From: Eledone cirrhosa | Lineage: Eukaryota | Assembly (NCBI GenBank): GCA_964016885.1 | Contig: OZ024741.1 | Span: 198,028,001-198,092,000 of the forward strand | Reading direction: 5' to 3' | DNA: 64,000 nucleotides | Shown: in pieces, positions 1-11,814 of the stretch | Layout: each line of letters starts with the position of its first letter | How positions within the stretch are numbered: position 1 is the first letter of the stretch | Program-made: the position numbers and the translations under genes | The notes under the pieces: generated by a model | The model's input: the letters and a program-made list of their open reading frames with translations, nothing else | Databases searched by the model: none | What the model was told of the DNA's origin: nothing

Positions 1-87
1 CAAAAAAATTCAATTAATTCAATGCAAAAATTTGGAAATTAACCAACTCACTGAACTCACAAAAATACGTCTTCGCAGTCCGACAAC

Positions 88-345
<258 letters not shown>

Positions 346-1139
346 AATACATACAGACAAATGGTTTCAAGTGTCATTAGAATCACATTTCTAAATATAC
401 TTTAAAGATTAACAGAGCCCCAAGCATGTTCACAGTCACAGGAAAGTAATTAGCTTGTTGGAGACGCCTGCATTGCTACAAGTTAGCCTCCTCTGCTCAA
501 GTAAAAATATATTCTAAGACAATAAAAGGCATCTGACCACACGTAAATTCCGGACATTTTTTGTTGACCATATTCCTAATATCGAATACATGTATGCATA
601 AGTGTTATAGTGAGCGTGTGTTAGACTGTATGGACGCCTGTTTGTATTGTATTCATTTCTTTAAATGCGTTTACACGCAGTGATGGAGGTGCGTAAGAAT
701 ACTTAATGTTTCAGCGGAAGGATGTGATGTCTCTACCTTTTTAGTTACAGTCAAAATTCGTGGCAGGAGAGAGCGAGAATATCTGCAAATATTTTAGAGG
801 AGGCTAATGCCACACTGTTAGTGCAGCAGATTGCATCTCTGCACATTTTGTTCAGCTCTATATGCTGCTGTTTTCTTCAAGTCATTATGAAATTTGTTCG
901 AAAGTTCTTCTATAGATTAATTATATTATATGCAAAAGAATTAAAAAGAAATCGCTCAAATCCAAATGAATATCGACATTGTTCTTTCACTGTAATTATA
1001 ATGCCGTTGTTTTATTTTAATAACTGTTTAACTTTTTATTATTTGTTTTCTTTATACCAGTGTATTTGTGTGTGAGAGAGACAAAAGATTAATTTATAGC
1101 AATTAATCTAGAAGTACACAATATATATACAGACAAATG

Positions 1140-1208
1140 TACATACATACATACATACATACATACATACATACATACATACATACATACATACATACAT
1201 ACATACAT
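1140..1208. repeat. (CATA)n microsatellite
   Basis: Directly visible. Confidence 0.95.
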
Positions 1209-1280
1209 AAATGAACGATCGTTAAATGTGCATTTTTGTCCGTGAGAGAGGGAGGGAGAGAGAAAGAGAGAAATACAGAC

Positions 1281-1515
1281 TTAAACCGTTTGTTACCAAC
1301 CCGCCTAAAACCGGCTCTGCTACTATGAAATAAAACCATCAATTTCAAAGGTTTCCAATTTAAAATCTTCCGGCATAATTTTGTATAATAACCTTTCTCT
1401 AAATTAGTATCTTAGTTATGAAATAGTCAATAATTTTAGTACATCCTTCAGAATTCTTCTTTAATTAATTGAAATAGGGTATATTTCGTTAGTAATATGC
1501 TACTGAAAGGGTTAA
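1281..1515. mobile_element. Possible piggyBac-like MITE (degenerate)
   Basis: Right end ...GAAAGGG|TTAA, left end TTAA|ACCGTTTG. TTAA target and CCC/GGG termini are piggyBac hallmarks, but the left TIR is degenerate. Confidence 0.4.
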
Positions 1516-2019
1516 AACATATCCCATTCTAATAACATTTTGAGCTCTTGTTTACTTTTTTGTTTTGTTTTGTTTTGTTTTGTTTGTTTGTTTGTTTTGT
1601 TTTATTGTTTTTTTTTTTGTTTTTGTTTGTTGTTGCCTTTTTATTTCATAAAATATGCATTCAGTTAATGATCAAGGTCAGTCACCAGATATTGCTTTTG
1701 TATTCAATTTCATTTCCATTTGTATACATAAACAACTTCAACGGTGATGATATAGTAAAGGAAAGATTATGAATTCCTATAAATTCCTTCTATGTCGCAC
1801 ACTAACTACTAAGTCTCTTCTTCAAAGACGTCCACTTACTTTGGGTATTCATCAATGATTAATCACACAAGAACACCAAAAACAGCTAACGAGGGGGCCG
1901 TTACGCAGTCACGTGGCCTGCTGGAAATAAAAACCAAACCTCACAGAAATCAGATTCTACAGTGAATGTATACACTATTCTTTAATAGGATGTTCCTGGC
2001 CAGTCATCTTGATCTGGGA

Positions 2020-3095
2020 TAACCTACAGCTACACACCAATACGAACCAACAGCTAAACACCAATAATAACTTACAGCTACACACCAATACGAACCAACA
2101 GCTAAACACCAATAATAACTTACAGCTACACACCAATAACAACGTACAGCTACACACCAATAATAACCAATAGCTAAACACCAATAACAATAACAATCTA
2201 CAGCTAAACACTAATAACAATCTACAGCTAAACACTAATAACAATCTACAGCTAAACACCAATACCAATAAAACCTAGAGCTAAACACAAATATCAACAA
2301 CAACCAACAATTAAGCATCAATAACAATAACAAAATACAGCTAAACACCAAAAAAACCTAGAGCTAAAAACCAATAAAAAAACATCCTACAGCTAAGCAC
2401 AAAAACAACCAACATCTAAACACTGATAATAACAACCAACATCTAAATACTGATAATAACAACCAACAGCTAAACCCTGATAATAACAACCAACAGCTAA
2501 ACCCTGATAATAACAACCAACAGCTAAACACTGATAATAACAACCAACAGCTAAACACCAATAATAACTTACAGCTAAACACTAATAACAATAACAAGAT
2601 ATAGCTAAATACCTCTAACAATAAAAACCAATAGCTAAACACCAATAGCAATATCAACCTACAGCTAAACACCAATAGCAATATCAACCTACAGCTAAAC
2701 ACCAATAGCAATATTAACCTACAGCTAAACACCAATAGCAATATCAACCTACAGCTAAACACCAATAACAATAACAAGCTATAGCTAAACACTAATAACA
2801 ATACCAACTTACAACTAAACACCAATAACAATAAAAAACCAATAGCTAAACACGAATCTAAACTATAATAACCTATAGCTACACACCAATAACCAGCTAC
2901 AGCTAAACACCAATAACTATGACAAGCAACAAATAAACTCCAATAGCGAATAACATTCTATACCTAAACACCTATAACAACATATACCTAAACACCAGTG
3001 ACAATAAGAACCTACATCTAAATACCAGTATCAATACCAACCTACAGCTAAACACCAATACCAACCTTCAGCTAAACACTAACAACAACAACAGC
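2020..3095. repeat. Minisatellite, ~24-30 bp units built on AACCTACAGCTAAACACCAAT(AAC/AAT)n
   Basis: Dozens of tandem CAGCTAAACACCAAT cores; source of the LLLVFSCR ORFs. Confidence 0.9.
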
Positions 3096-3287
3096 TCCTC
3101 ACAATACACGCACCAATCCAATTCATCAATCATAACACATTCCACAAATATCGTCCAGCAGACACATTATTCGTAGAGAACTGTTGTGGGACATAATATT
3201 CTGGATGCATCCCCGCGATATATGCCTTCCACTCGGCTCTCTGAAGGTTCTTCCTTGTCATCTCTAATTACATCTAATTATAAACGC

Positions 3288-3441
3288 CATGCTTTGCAGC
3301 AAAGAGTTACGGCCCTTGCCATTCTGAGTTCAAATCCCGCTGAGGTTCACTTTGCCTTTCATCCTTACGGGGTCGATAAAATAAAGTACCAGTAATGTAC
3401 TAGGTAATTGCTGGCCTTGTGCCCAAAGTAGAAACAATTAT
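3288..3441 (+). mobile_element. SINE family A (tRNA-derived, central GCCTTTCATCCTTACGGGGTCGATAAAATAAAGTACCAG domain), 5'-truncated
   Basis: Matches the full copies at 20293 and 58516; B-box-like GAGTTCAAATCC; tail CCTTGTGCCCAAAGTAGAAACAATTAT. Confidence 0.85.
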
Positions 3442-3459
3442 AAAAACTTAAAAACCAAG

Positions 3460-3630
3460 ATAATTGTTTCTACTTTAGGCACAAGGCCAGCAATTACCCA
3501 GTGCATTACTGGTACTTTATTTTATCGACCCCGTAAGGATGAAAGGCAAAGTCAACCTCGGCGGGATTTGAACTCAGATCGTAAAGGGACGTAACTATGC
3601 TGGAAAGCATGACGTCCGACCCTCTACCAT
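3460..3630 (-). mobile_element. SINE family A, inverted tail-to-tail partner of 3288-3441
   Basis: Reverse complement of the same central domain and tail. Confidence 0.85.
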
Positions 3631-4811
3631 GCGATATAAACACCTCTTACATTGAATAACTGTTTGCAATTTCCGTAATTAAATATTACATAACGATGTG
3701 CGCAGCATAGTTACAAATCAAACTGAAGTTCGCAGTATATGGAATATAAGACCACTGAGTGTATTTGTCTGTGGCTATTCAATAACAACAAAAATAACAA
3801 CCAACTTAAGAATGGTAGCAGTCATTCTATATAATCAGAGACTATTGCAACAAGTTTCGTCAAAACTCAGCCACCGTGCCTCAGATATTTCAATAAAAAA
3901 ATTGATTGAATCGTCGTTATTAAATATCATAATTCAGCATTCTTGTTAAAGACGTCTAGAATTTTCTCAAGCATGGTAGATTGCACATGACTTAATTAAT
4001 TTGTTTTGGTTTATCTGTCTACATTCTGACTAATTCTTATAGGTACATCTTTGCCTTTTATTCTTCCGCTGTTAGATTGAGTTCATCGATTAAACAGTTT
4101 ATGAAAATTGGCCTGATACCCTATAAAAGAGCAATCTATATACAAAGGGGACAGAGAGAATTAGCGAACTCTTTAGAGCTAGAGGGAATCTACCGCTAAA
4201 CTGCGATCTCGATGCGGTTTTCAAAGGTATTTAATTATAAATGGGTATTTAATTATACTTTTTACCGTTGATGTTTTAGAGAAAACATTGGGCTGTGAAA
4301 CTTTGTGGCTGTATTCTTAGTGAAGAAACATCAAAGTATAGAGAACTGCAGCAGCAAACAGAATTGTCAGCATATCGTCCTGGTGGCTGAAGTGTCAATC
4401 CTTATTTTCCTCCTAAAAAAAGTAATTGCACTACATCTAGTGCAATTACAGCTTCTATGCCATATAACGGCACCATGAAAAAATACAATTCACAACGTAC
4501 GCAGCGAGAGGGTTGTATAATTGATGAGTATTTCGTTATCACTTAATGTTGATTGTATACCTTTCTATTTCCATCACATATAAGCTGCTATAAACTAGCT
4601 CTCGTATCCAGAGTAACGATATGTCTTGACTGGTAGGAACTTACATGCCATATCACAGATGAAAGCGACTAACACGAAGCAGTAGCTTATAAGATCGCCC
4701 TATTACATTTCTAATCAAGATATTGCACACTCTAGAAATCAATGTAGAAGACATTATGGAAGAGGTGAACCAAATGGAGATAAGTTCGCGGTAGATCAGA
4801 ATTAACAAATA

Positions 4812-5030
4812 TCGTTTTCTTATTTAGGCACAAGACCAGCAAATTTAGGGGAAAGACAAAGTTAATTAAACCAACCCCAGTACTTAACTGGTATTTCATT
4901 ATATCCACCAGGGAAGAATGAAAAGCAAAGTTGAAAATTTGCAGGATTTGAACTCAAAATGTAAAGAGCCGGAACAAATATCTCAATGGCATTTCATCGA
5001 AGCGTTACTGATTCTGCCCATCCACCACCA
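4812..5030 (-). mobile_element. Diverged SINE family A relative
   Basis: Degenerate tail (TTTTCTTATTTAGGCACAAGACCAGCAA), GATGAAAAGCAAAGTT and GGATTTGAACTCA on + strand. Confidence 0.65.
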
Positions 5031-5309
5031 TTAGAATTAACAACTATTACAGATGAAAATATTTGGTCTTATTACGAAGAAATGTTGATGTTCAAACTCA
5101 AGACAATGTTCACAAACATTACGTTATCAATCATTTGTAAAGAACATAATGTACTAACATCACATGATTTACACTAGAACTGCAATAGCTACGGTTTTTT
5201 TATGAAAATACTAATAATGAGTCTTTTCTCTATAAACCAAAATCTCGTTTGGCGGTAAGACTAAACAGCAAAACGAGTTCCATATTCGAGAGTGCGTATG
5301 TAGTATGTA

Positions 5310-5478
<169 letters not shown>

Positions 5479-5529
5479 CTATTAGAAGAAGATCGGAGAC
5501 CATCAGTTGATTCAGGTTTATCTGAAACT

Positions 5530-5587
5530 CCGTTATACATATTTCACTGAGGACTATCAATTATGATAGCCTGAGCTCTTCAGACGG
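5530..5587 (-). ncRNA. Type I hammerhead ribozyme motif
   Basis: Minus strand: CCGT-CUGAAGA-GCUCAGGCUAUCA(UAAU)UGAUAGUCCUCAGU-GAAA-UAUGUA-UA-ACGG. Stem I CCGU/ACGG, long stem II, near-palindromic stem III, AUA cleavage triplet. Confidence 0.75.
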
Positions 5588-5688
5588 CCAAACCTATAAA
5601 AACTAGAAAATATTGAAAGTTCTTCATATAAATCTTTAAATTAAAATTTTTTTTTAGGAACTTCTTTTTCATGTTTTTATTGGTTTTG

Positions 5689-5749
5689 CCGTCTGAAGAG
5701 CTGAGGCTATCATAATAACTGATAGTCCTCAGTGAAATGTGTATAATAG
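5689..5749 (+). ncRNA. Type I hammerhead motif, inverted copy with decayed stem I
   Basis: CCGT-CTGAAGA-GCTGAGGCTATCA..TGATAGTCCTCAGT-GAAATGTGTATA-ATAG (ACGG has become ATAG). Confidence 0.6.
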
Positions 5750-6396
5750 AGTTTTCAATAAACCTGAATCAACTGATTATGGCATCCGATCTTTTAATAA
5801 TATACTAGCAGAATGGCCCGGCGTTGCTCGGGATTCTAAACATAGATTGACATGTTTATCCCTCCTTTCTGAAACAGTACAGAGAAGTACGGAATACCTC
5901 GGCCTCGGGATGGTGTTTACATTTTGTGCTTATAAAGAAAATTCGTCGTAGATTACCAGGAGCTTAACTTAATGGGGTGCCTGGGAGTAAAATGTTCAAC
6001 CCACGAAAGCCAAGACGATAGGGTTAAGTAAAAAGGCATTCGACAAACCGAACATATATTTGTTGTGCTATGGTACAATGAAAGCAATAGTTACAGAGCA
6101 GTAAGCATGTGGAACCGCAGTGGTGGAGAGTGGTGTCGTCTTACGTCTTTCAATGTTTCGTCGTATGTTCACCAATTGATGCAGAAGTCCTAATAAAAAG
6201 TGAAGTCGCCTTGGGTGAATAGGCAAATAATTTTCCATTACGATTTTTCAAAAGCATGTAATTGCGTTCCCTCTCTTTTTTGTTGTTGTTTTTTCTGCTG
6301 TTGATGTGATAGCAGCCGTTGGTCGTACTACTAACACAGTCTCGTCTTTCTTCAGCCAATCCTGTATATCCCCCTCTCCCTCGTCTACCTAAAAAC

Positions 6397-6528
6397 TTAT
6401 TGTAGCACCTTCTTGTACACAATGTTCCTTGTTCTTCCGTGTCGGGCATATGCAAAGAGATTTGTCTTGCTTCCCACTCTTGAGCAGCCAACGTATAGAT
6501 GCCCGTGTGAAAAACATGACTCTTCCAA
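6397..6528 (-). pseudogene. Helitron RepHel (Pif1-like helicase) C-terminal fragment
   Basis: Manual translation LEESCFSHGHLYVGCSRVGSKTNLFAYARHGRTRNIVYKKVLQ*, matching the FSHGQLYVAxSRV...TxNIVY Helitron helicase ending. Not in the ORF track. Confidence 0.85.
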
Positions 6529-6553
6529 AATATATATTAAAATAACAGATTAA

Positions 6554-6604
6554 ATTTTAAGCAAAGAATCGCTGCTTTCACCCTTAACGGGATCTTCTGA
6601 AACT
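6554..6604 (-). ncRNA. Hammerhead-like motif with variant core CAGAAGA
   Basis: AGUUU-CAGAAGA-UCCC(GUUAA)GGGU-GAA-AGCA..UGCU-U-AAAAU. Part of a repeat (~6538-6760) also present at 58840-59000. Confidence 0.45.
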
Positions 6605-7142
6605 AAAAAAAATCAATCTGTGAACGCAGAAGTAAATATTTCGAAAAACGTTACAACCGAAGGAAAACAGGAAGACGATACTTTGGTTTGTGAAGACGTT
6701 CCCTGGCAATGAACGGAAAATAGCGAAGATAATACGTGAGCAATGAGAAAAAATATTTGTCATAATGTTGTAATGCAGACAGCCAGACATACAGGCAGAT
6801 ATTATAAGGGCGGGACGTTATAGCTATGTATCTATCTAAAAGGACAGACTAAGAAAGACAGAGAGATCCCTAACCGGCGCCTAATGCGGTCCATAGGGCA
6901 TTGAAAATTTGAAACATGTTTTGCTCAAAACACCCACACGACCATAAGTATTACATATGTAAAGTTTGAAAAAGATCGGTTGGGTGGTTCTCGAGTTTTA
7001 GGGAGTCAGACAGACAGACATTCTCTGTTTTAGATACGAGTATATAGGTAATGTTCCGGCTTACACCATTTATACAGATCGTTGAACGATTCCTTTTATC
7101 TACTTCACAGTCAACCGACCATAATGTGGTCGGTTAATCCCA

Positions 7143-7280
<138 letters not shown>

Positions 7281-7282
7281 AC

Positions 7283-7668
7283 CTCTCTAAGACAATGTCA
7301 CTGGATCGAGATCTTTGGCGCTATGCAGTTGTACAGAACACTTTCAGGCCTTCCCTTGCATACAAACCTACAGTCAGTAGGCACCTCTTAACCCAATATA
7401 CAGCCCACCCCACACATCCTACCCCATCCTCCCATTTCCGTCCACTGCATCGGTGACACAATAAAAGGTACCCACTCCACACTGTAAAGTGGTCGTGTAG
7501 AGTATCCAGCCGGAAAGTGGTCGAGAAGGACATCCAGCCAAAGACAGTTCCATACGCGCGAGACACGATCACCCGACCAATCTCGCAACAAATGGAACAA
7601 AACCGTCTAACCCATGCTCGCGTAGAAGATGGATGTTAAACGATGATGATGATGATGATGATGATGAT
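7283..7668 (+). mobile_element. RTE-like LINE 3' remnant ending in (GAT)n
   Basis: MSLDRDLWRYAV-type C-terminal motif (DRxxWR) and tail CTAACCCATGCTCGCGTAGAAGATGGATGTTAAAC(GAT)n. Confidence 0.55.
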
Positions 7669-7731
7669 ATATATATATATATATATATAGTTGAAAAGGG
7701 GGATCAATTTCCATATAAATCAAAGAATATA

Positions 7732-8245
7732 TGTAAAAAGTAAAAGTGGAAACAACACGGAAGTATATTTAAAGCATCTTTTTTTCTTTTTTTTTTCTCT
7801 CTTTCTATTTTTTTTTTTCCTTTAATCCGACAGAGTAAGAGTTCTTTTTCTATAAAAGGGGATTTTATAAAATATTACCGGTTTCGATGAGTAAACTCAT
7901 CTTATCAAATATTAAATTAAAAAACTGTTGAAATCCCACTACACACACCTACACAAAGAACAGTATATATAAAGAATAATTCTTCTAGATAGACCCAGAT
8001 ATTCTCATTACACAGAAATGAAAAGGTGTCTTTCAACTTCCAATTTTTCAACTTTTCATTGTTGCCTTTTTTTAATTTAATATTTTATAAGATGACTTCA
8101 CCCATTGCAACCGGTAATAATTTATAAAAGTCGCTTTTTTTATTTAAAAAAAAAAAGCTCTTACTCCGTCGGATTTAAAGAAAAAAAGAAAGAAAAAACT
8201 GCTTTAAATATACTTCGATGCTGTTTCCACTTTTACTTTTTACAC
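7732..8245. mobile_element. Palindromic PLE pLTR-like module between microsatellites
   Basis: GTAAAAAGTAAAAGTGGAAACA..AAGTATATTTAAAGCA (7733-7776) vs TGCTTTAAATATACTT..TGTTTCCACTTTTACTTTTTAC (8200-8243). HHR in the left arm and a decayed copy (~8078-8121) in the right arm. Confidence 0.7.
7871..7913 (-). ncRNA. Minimal type I hammerhead with U3-A8 core (UUGAUAA)
   Basis: AAUAU-UUGAUAA-GAUGAG(UUUA)CUCAUC-GAAA-CCGG-UA-AUAUU. Perfect stems I and II, palindromic stem III ACCGGU, GUA triplet. Confidence 0.7.
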
Positions 8246-8298
8246 ACACACAAATATATGTGTGTGTGTGTGCGCGCGCGCGCGCGTGTGTGTATATA

Positions 8299-8352
<54 letters not shown>

Positions 8353-8354
<2 letters not shown>

Positions 8355-9187
8355 TATTTTCCGTTGTGTTGTAATATAAATATTACACACAGTAGATTAT
8401 CAGCTCACGTAGAGTTTGCTCGACGGTTCCAGTTGTAGTTCCAAAAGTAATCCGGAGAAAAATAGAAAGATTTGAATGGATACAGTTTAGTTGAAAGGAA
8501 TTTATTGACACGTGTTTCTATAACAGTTACATAACCTAAAACAGCTGCTATCTACAAACTTTTAGTTATGCAGACATTCAATATTTCAATGTTATTATTT
8601 ACTGTCATTTCATCAGAATAATATTACTGAGGACCTATTTAGTTTTTATAGAGAATATTAGGAGGGAGGGGTGAAGTTGTTAGAAGAATAGCTGAAGGAG
8701 TGGTTTTTCGATAGCAGTGAGAATTCTTGGTGGCAGTGAGTAATTAGATTCCCATCTGTTGTTTTGACATTTTTTATAGAATATATTATTGGTTATTTTT
8801 CTAAATCTATAGAAGGATTAGAGATAGTAAAGATATGCGTGGTTGGTTTTGTGTTTGCACTTAATTAACATTCAGACTTAATTTTTCTTTCAAGTGTACG
8901 TATCCTTTCACCCACGCATTCACAAACAAATATATTTGCACACCTCTACAAAATACATATACTCACAATTCACATATTCATACTTACATATATATACACA
9001 TGCATACACATATATATACACACATGTATTCATGTACATACATACGCGCTCATGTGTATACATTTTCATACTCAACTTATCTTTATATACACACGTATAG
9101 ACACACACATATATACATACATACTCTAGTCCATGTGTACACACATACACATACATACACATCCATATACACATATATACATACATA

Positions 9188-9218
<31 letters not shown>

Positions 9219-9220
9219 GT

Positions 9221-9251
<31 letters not shown>

Positions 9252-11456
9252 AGCACTTTAATACATGAATACACTTACATCTAACTATACACATCAAACA
9301 TATATATATATTTACTTATTTATATACATTTTCACATATATATACATACTTATGGACGTTTTTAGACACATTCATTATCGCATATTTGTACCTATTCTCA
9401 TCAGCATATCTTTCCATTATTAGTGTGGTAATTTAAGGTTATTAATATATGTTGAGAAGAGATTGTTTTTATATTTTTCTAACTAGATTAAGGTTTATAT
9501 AGTTGGGGGATGTCCCTCTTTTATGTAATATTCGGCTTGTAGTGGGAAAAAAGGGTTTTAGTTCTGTGACGGCAGAATAATGTTCGTTCAATTCTGTTAT
9601 TCAGCAGTTTCTTCTTGTGTGTGATTATGTAATAAATCTCAAGATTACACAATTTGCAGAAATTTTGGCTCCTGGAAAAGCTTTGGGTTTTAGCTAATTT
9701 TTCCCATTTTAGGGTAAACTTTTGATCGCTATCACTGAGCGTCCAAGCTTTTTCTGCTAAAGTTGTTACATTTCTTTGGCTCTGGTGTTTTATTGAGTAA
9801 GAATGCCTATACAATCGAGATTTAAACGATGTTGCCGTTGATCCCACGTAATACCACTCGTTGCCTCCGGATTTAATGGTACACTTATAAATAATATTTT
9901 TTTCCAGGCAGTTATTGCCGAGGGGGCAGTTGTCAGGATAGGTGCAGTTACAGTTGTGTACGTTGGGTTTTCTCTGGAGTAGTATTGCGGACGAACTTAG
10001 GTGTGGTTTATTTATGTTCTGTAGTGTATTGTTTACTGTTTTTTTTGTGTTCTTTGTACTTAAGTTCTTAGTGTTTTCGTTTAACCTTCTAGTATTGATC
10101 TTTTTTATGTGTTGTTCAAGGTTTAACGCTGTAGAGTATGACAGTCTTACAGTGGTAGGGTTTAGGATTTTGTGGTATTTGTGTGATGTGGGAAAATGTC
10201 TTTTAATTATTTTAAAGAAGAGTACTGGTAAATTTGTACTAATGGAACTATTGTATTCGGGGTTATACCATAAGTACTCTTTGCATCGCTTTCTATTAGT
10301 TTTGTTTGTTGGTTTACTGGTGTGCATACTATGGTAGTAAGTGTGGTTTGGTGTTGTGTTATTATATCTACCTATGTGGGATTTATTTTGGGTGTTTTGA
10401 TTGTTCCCATCTATGTACTCTATTTTGTTGAGGTAGCCTGCTTTACTAAGGGCGTTATCGTAGTACTCGGCGTGTTCCTTAAATACTTGTATGTTAGAAG
10501 ATAGACCCGAGATTCTAAGGGAAATATTTTTAGGGATAGATTTAATTATAGAGATGGGGTGGTTAGACCCAACATTTACGTATTTGAGATTTTCATTCAA
10601 TTTATGAAACGGTTTAATCAAACCAGAGTTTAAATTGAGTGTGACATCCAGGAAGTTAACTACTTTAAGGTTGTATTCATATGTTATAGTTAGTCCTATT
10701 TCGAGTAGTAGTTTTCTTATATCTTTGTGTAGTTTTTCTAGTTTTTGGTTATTAAGGTTTTTAGCTAGGAGGAGAACATCGTCGCGGTATATTCCGCCGT
10801 GGAGATTGCTGAATTTTTCCTGGAGTCTAAAGGCGATAAATAACCCCACAATATCAGTTATTTCCGCCGAATCGTTAGAGCCCATTGTTATGTCAAAGTT
10901 AGAGGGTCTATCTTTACGTACCCAATAACTGTTCTCAAATTTGACTATAGTTTTCCTAGCTTCTAATATAATCTTAATTTCATCGTTTGTAAGGTCAGAG
11001 TTATCCTTAGCAAACTTAATGGCTCTATTCAAAGTTTCAGGTGATATCGATGAGTAATATTCATCGATATCAAACTGGATAAACTTAGATTTATTCTTAT
11101 TGCTAATGCTATTAAACCATCTTATTGCTTCTTGGGTCTTCCCCCAGAGTTTAATGTTAACCTTAGCCTTAATTTGGGGGATGATTCTATCTAAGATATA
11201 TTTGCTTATTTTACCTATATCTGATTTAGAGGGGCAGATTAATCTAATTTTAGGGTCATTATCAAAGTTTACCTTGTGGTCCTTAAGATTGAAGGTGGGT
11301 ACCGCCGGTAAGAGTGGTCCTGTCCTATCTTCGATTCCGAGATTTTTCACTATTTCGCATGCCTCATCATTGATGTGCTTAAGGGTTACTTCACTCGTTT
11401 TTCTATATTTTTTATGTAATTCTTTTCGAATGAAGTTGTTGTATGTAGTGCAATCC
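8353..11456 (-). mobile_element. Penelope-like retroelement (C-terminal GIY-YIG, possibly Hydra clade), 5'-truncated, flanked by (TA)n
   Basis: RT+EN ORF, 3' region with HHR and AATAAA, (TA)n at both ends (8308-8351 and 11457-11474). Confidence 0.85.
8499..8625 (-). ncRNA. Hammerhead with ~91-nt stem II domain in the PLE 3' pLTR
   Basis: UUAUU-CUGAUGA-A-AUGACAGU...ACUGUUAU-A-GAAAC-ACGU-GUC-AAUAA; palindromic stem III ACACGUGU. Confidence 0.65.
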
Positions 11457-11458
11457 AT
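9521..11458 (-). CDS. PLE reverse transcriptase + GIY-YIG endonuclease (645 aa, N-terminus probably truncated)
   Basis: RT motifs QFDIDEYYSSI, FDITMGSNDSAE, GIYRDD, VNFLDVTL, SNHP; linker CNC..CP..C; EN NIIYKC..YYVGST..R..H, CKLC, CRH. The start Met lies at the (TA)n junction. Confidence 0.85.
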   Translation of the reverse strand: MDCTTYNNFIRKELHKKYRKTSEVTLKHINDEACEIVKNLGIEDRTGPLLPAVPTFNLKDHKVNFDNDPKIRLICPSKSDIGKISKYILDRIIPQIKAKVNIKLWGKTQEAIRWFNSISNKNKSKFIQFDIDEYYSSISPETLNRAIKFAKDNSDLTNDEIKIILEARKTIVKFENSYWVRKDRPSNFDITMGSNDSAEITDIVGLFIAFRLQEKFSNLHGGIYRDDVLLLAKNLNNQKLEKLHKDIRKLLLEIGLTITYEYNLKVVNFLDVTLNLNSGLIKPFHKLNENLKYVNVGSNHPISIIKSIPKNISLRISGLSSNIQVFKEHAEYYDNALSKAGYLNKIEYIDGNNQNTQNKSHIGRYNNTTPNHTYYHSMHTSKPTNKTNRKRCKEYLWYNPEYNSSISTNLPVLFFKIIKRHFPTSHKYHKILNPTTVRLSYSTALNLEQHIKKINTRRLNENTKNLSTKNTKKTVNNTLQNINKPHLSSSAILLQRKPNVHNCNCTYPDNCPLGNNCLEKNIIYKCTIKSGGNEWYYVGSTATSFKSRLYRHSYSIKHQSQRNVTTLAEKAWTLSDSDQKFTLKWEKLAKTQSFSRSQNFCKLCNLEIYYIITHKKKLLNNRIERTLFCRHRTKTLFSHYKPNIT

Positions 11459-11761
11459 ATATATATATATATATAAACAAATAACGAAACGAAATTAAAT
11501 TTCGTTTCGTTTGTAACTCACTTTTGTATGACTGACGCTTAAACAATTAAGTTAAAAATGTACATCCACATATGTATACTGAAATACTAGTATGCATATG
11601 AATACACACACGTGTACATATGTAGATGTACCGAGTTTTTCACTGGACACTTTACTGTGAGTGTCCAGCTATTCTGTATGTAAACACACAGACAAACCGG
11701 TTTTTAGAGTCATACTGGTTTTCGAGGAAACACCTTTCCTCTATTCTGCAGAAAGCCAGAC

Positions 11762-11814
11762 AGGAATATTGGACTAGTTTCGATGTTGTTACATCTCATC
11801 AGCAATATTTACCT
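11762..11814 (-). ncRNA. Minimal type I hammerhead ribozyme
   Basis: Reverse complement of the motif at 12131-12183. Confidence 0.85.

Larger units (their letters stand above)
5481..5800. mobile_element. Palindromic PLE pLTR-like module with a hammerhead in each arm
   Basis: Arms ~5481-5595 and ~5680-5800 are imperfect reverse complements; abuts (TG)n. Confidence 0.7.
5805..7045 (-). mobile_element. Internally deleted Helitron
   Basis: Minus-strand 3' end: hairpin CCCGAGCAACGCCGGG then CTAG (5805-5808). Retains the helicase C-terminus. Putative 5' end with (TGTC)n near 7010-7045; that boundary is uncertain. Confidence 0.7.

Noticed and set aside
1975-2831. Leu-rich membrane-protein-like ORFs
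   Set aside because: Antisense reading of the minisatellite.
2020-3095. CRISPR-like repeat/spacer pattern
   Set aside because: Spacers are short AAT/AAC slippage variants, not unique sequences; no cas genes; eukaryotic context.
4422-4449. Perfect 12-bp hairpin GTAATTGCACTA-CATC-TAGTGCAATTAC
   Set aside because: Isolated, with no associated motif or second copy in the window; cannot assign a function.
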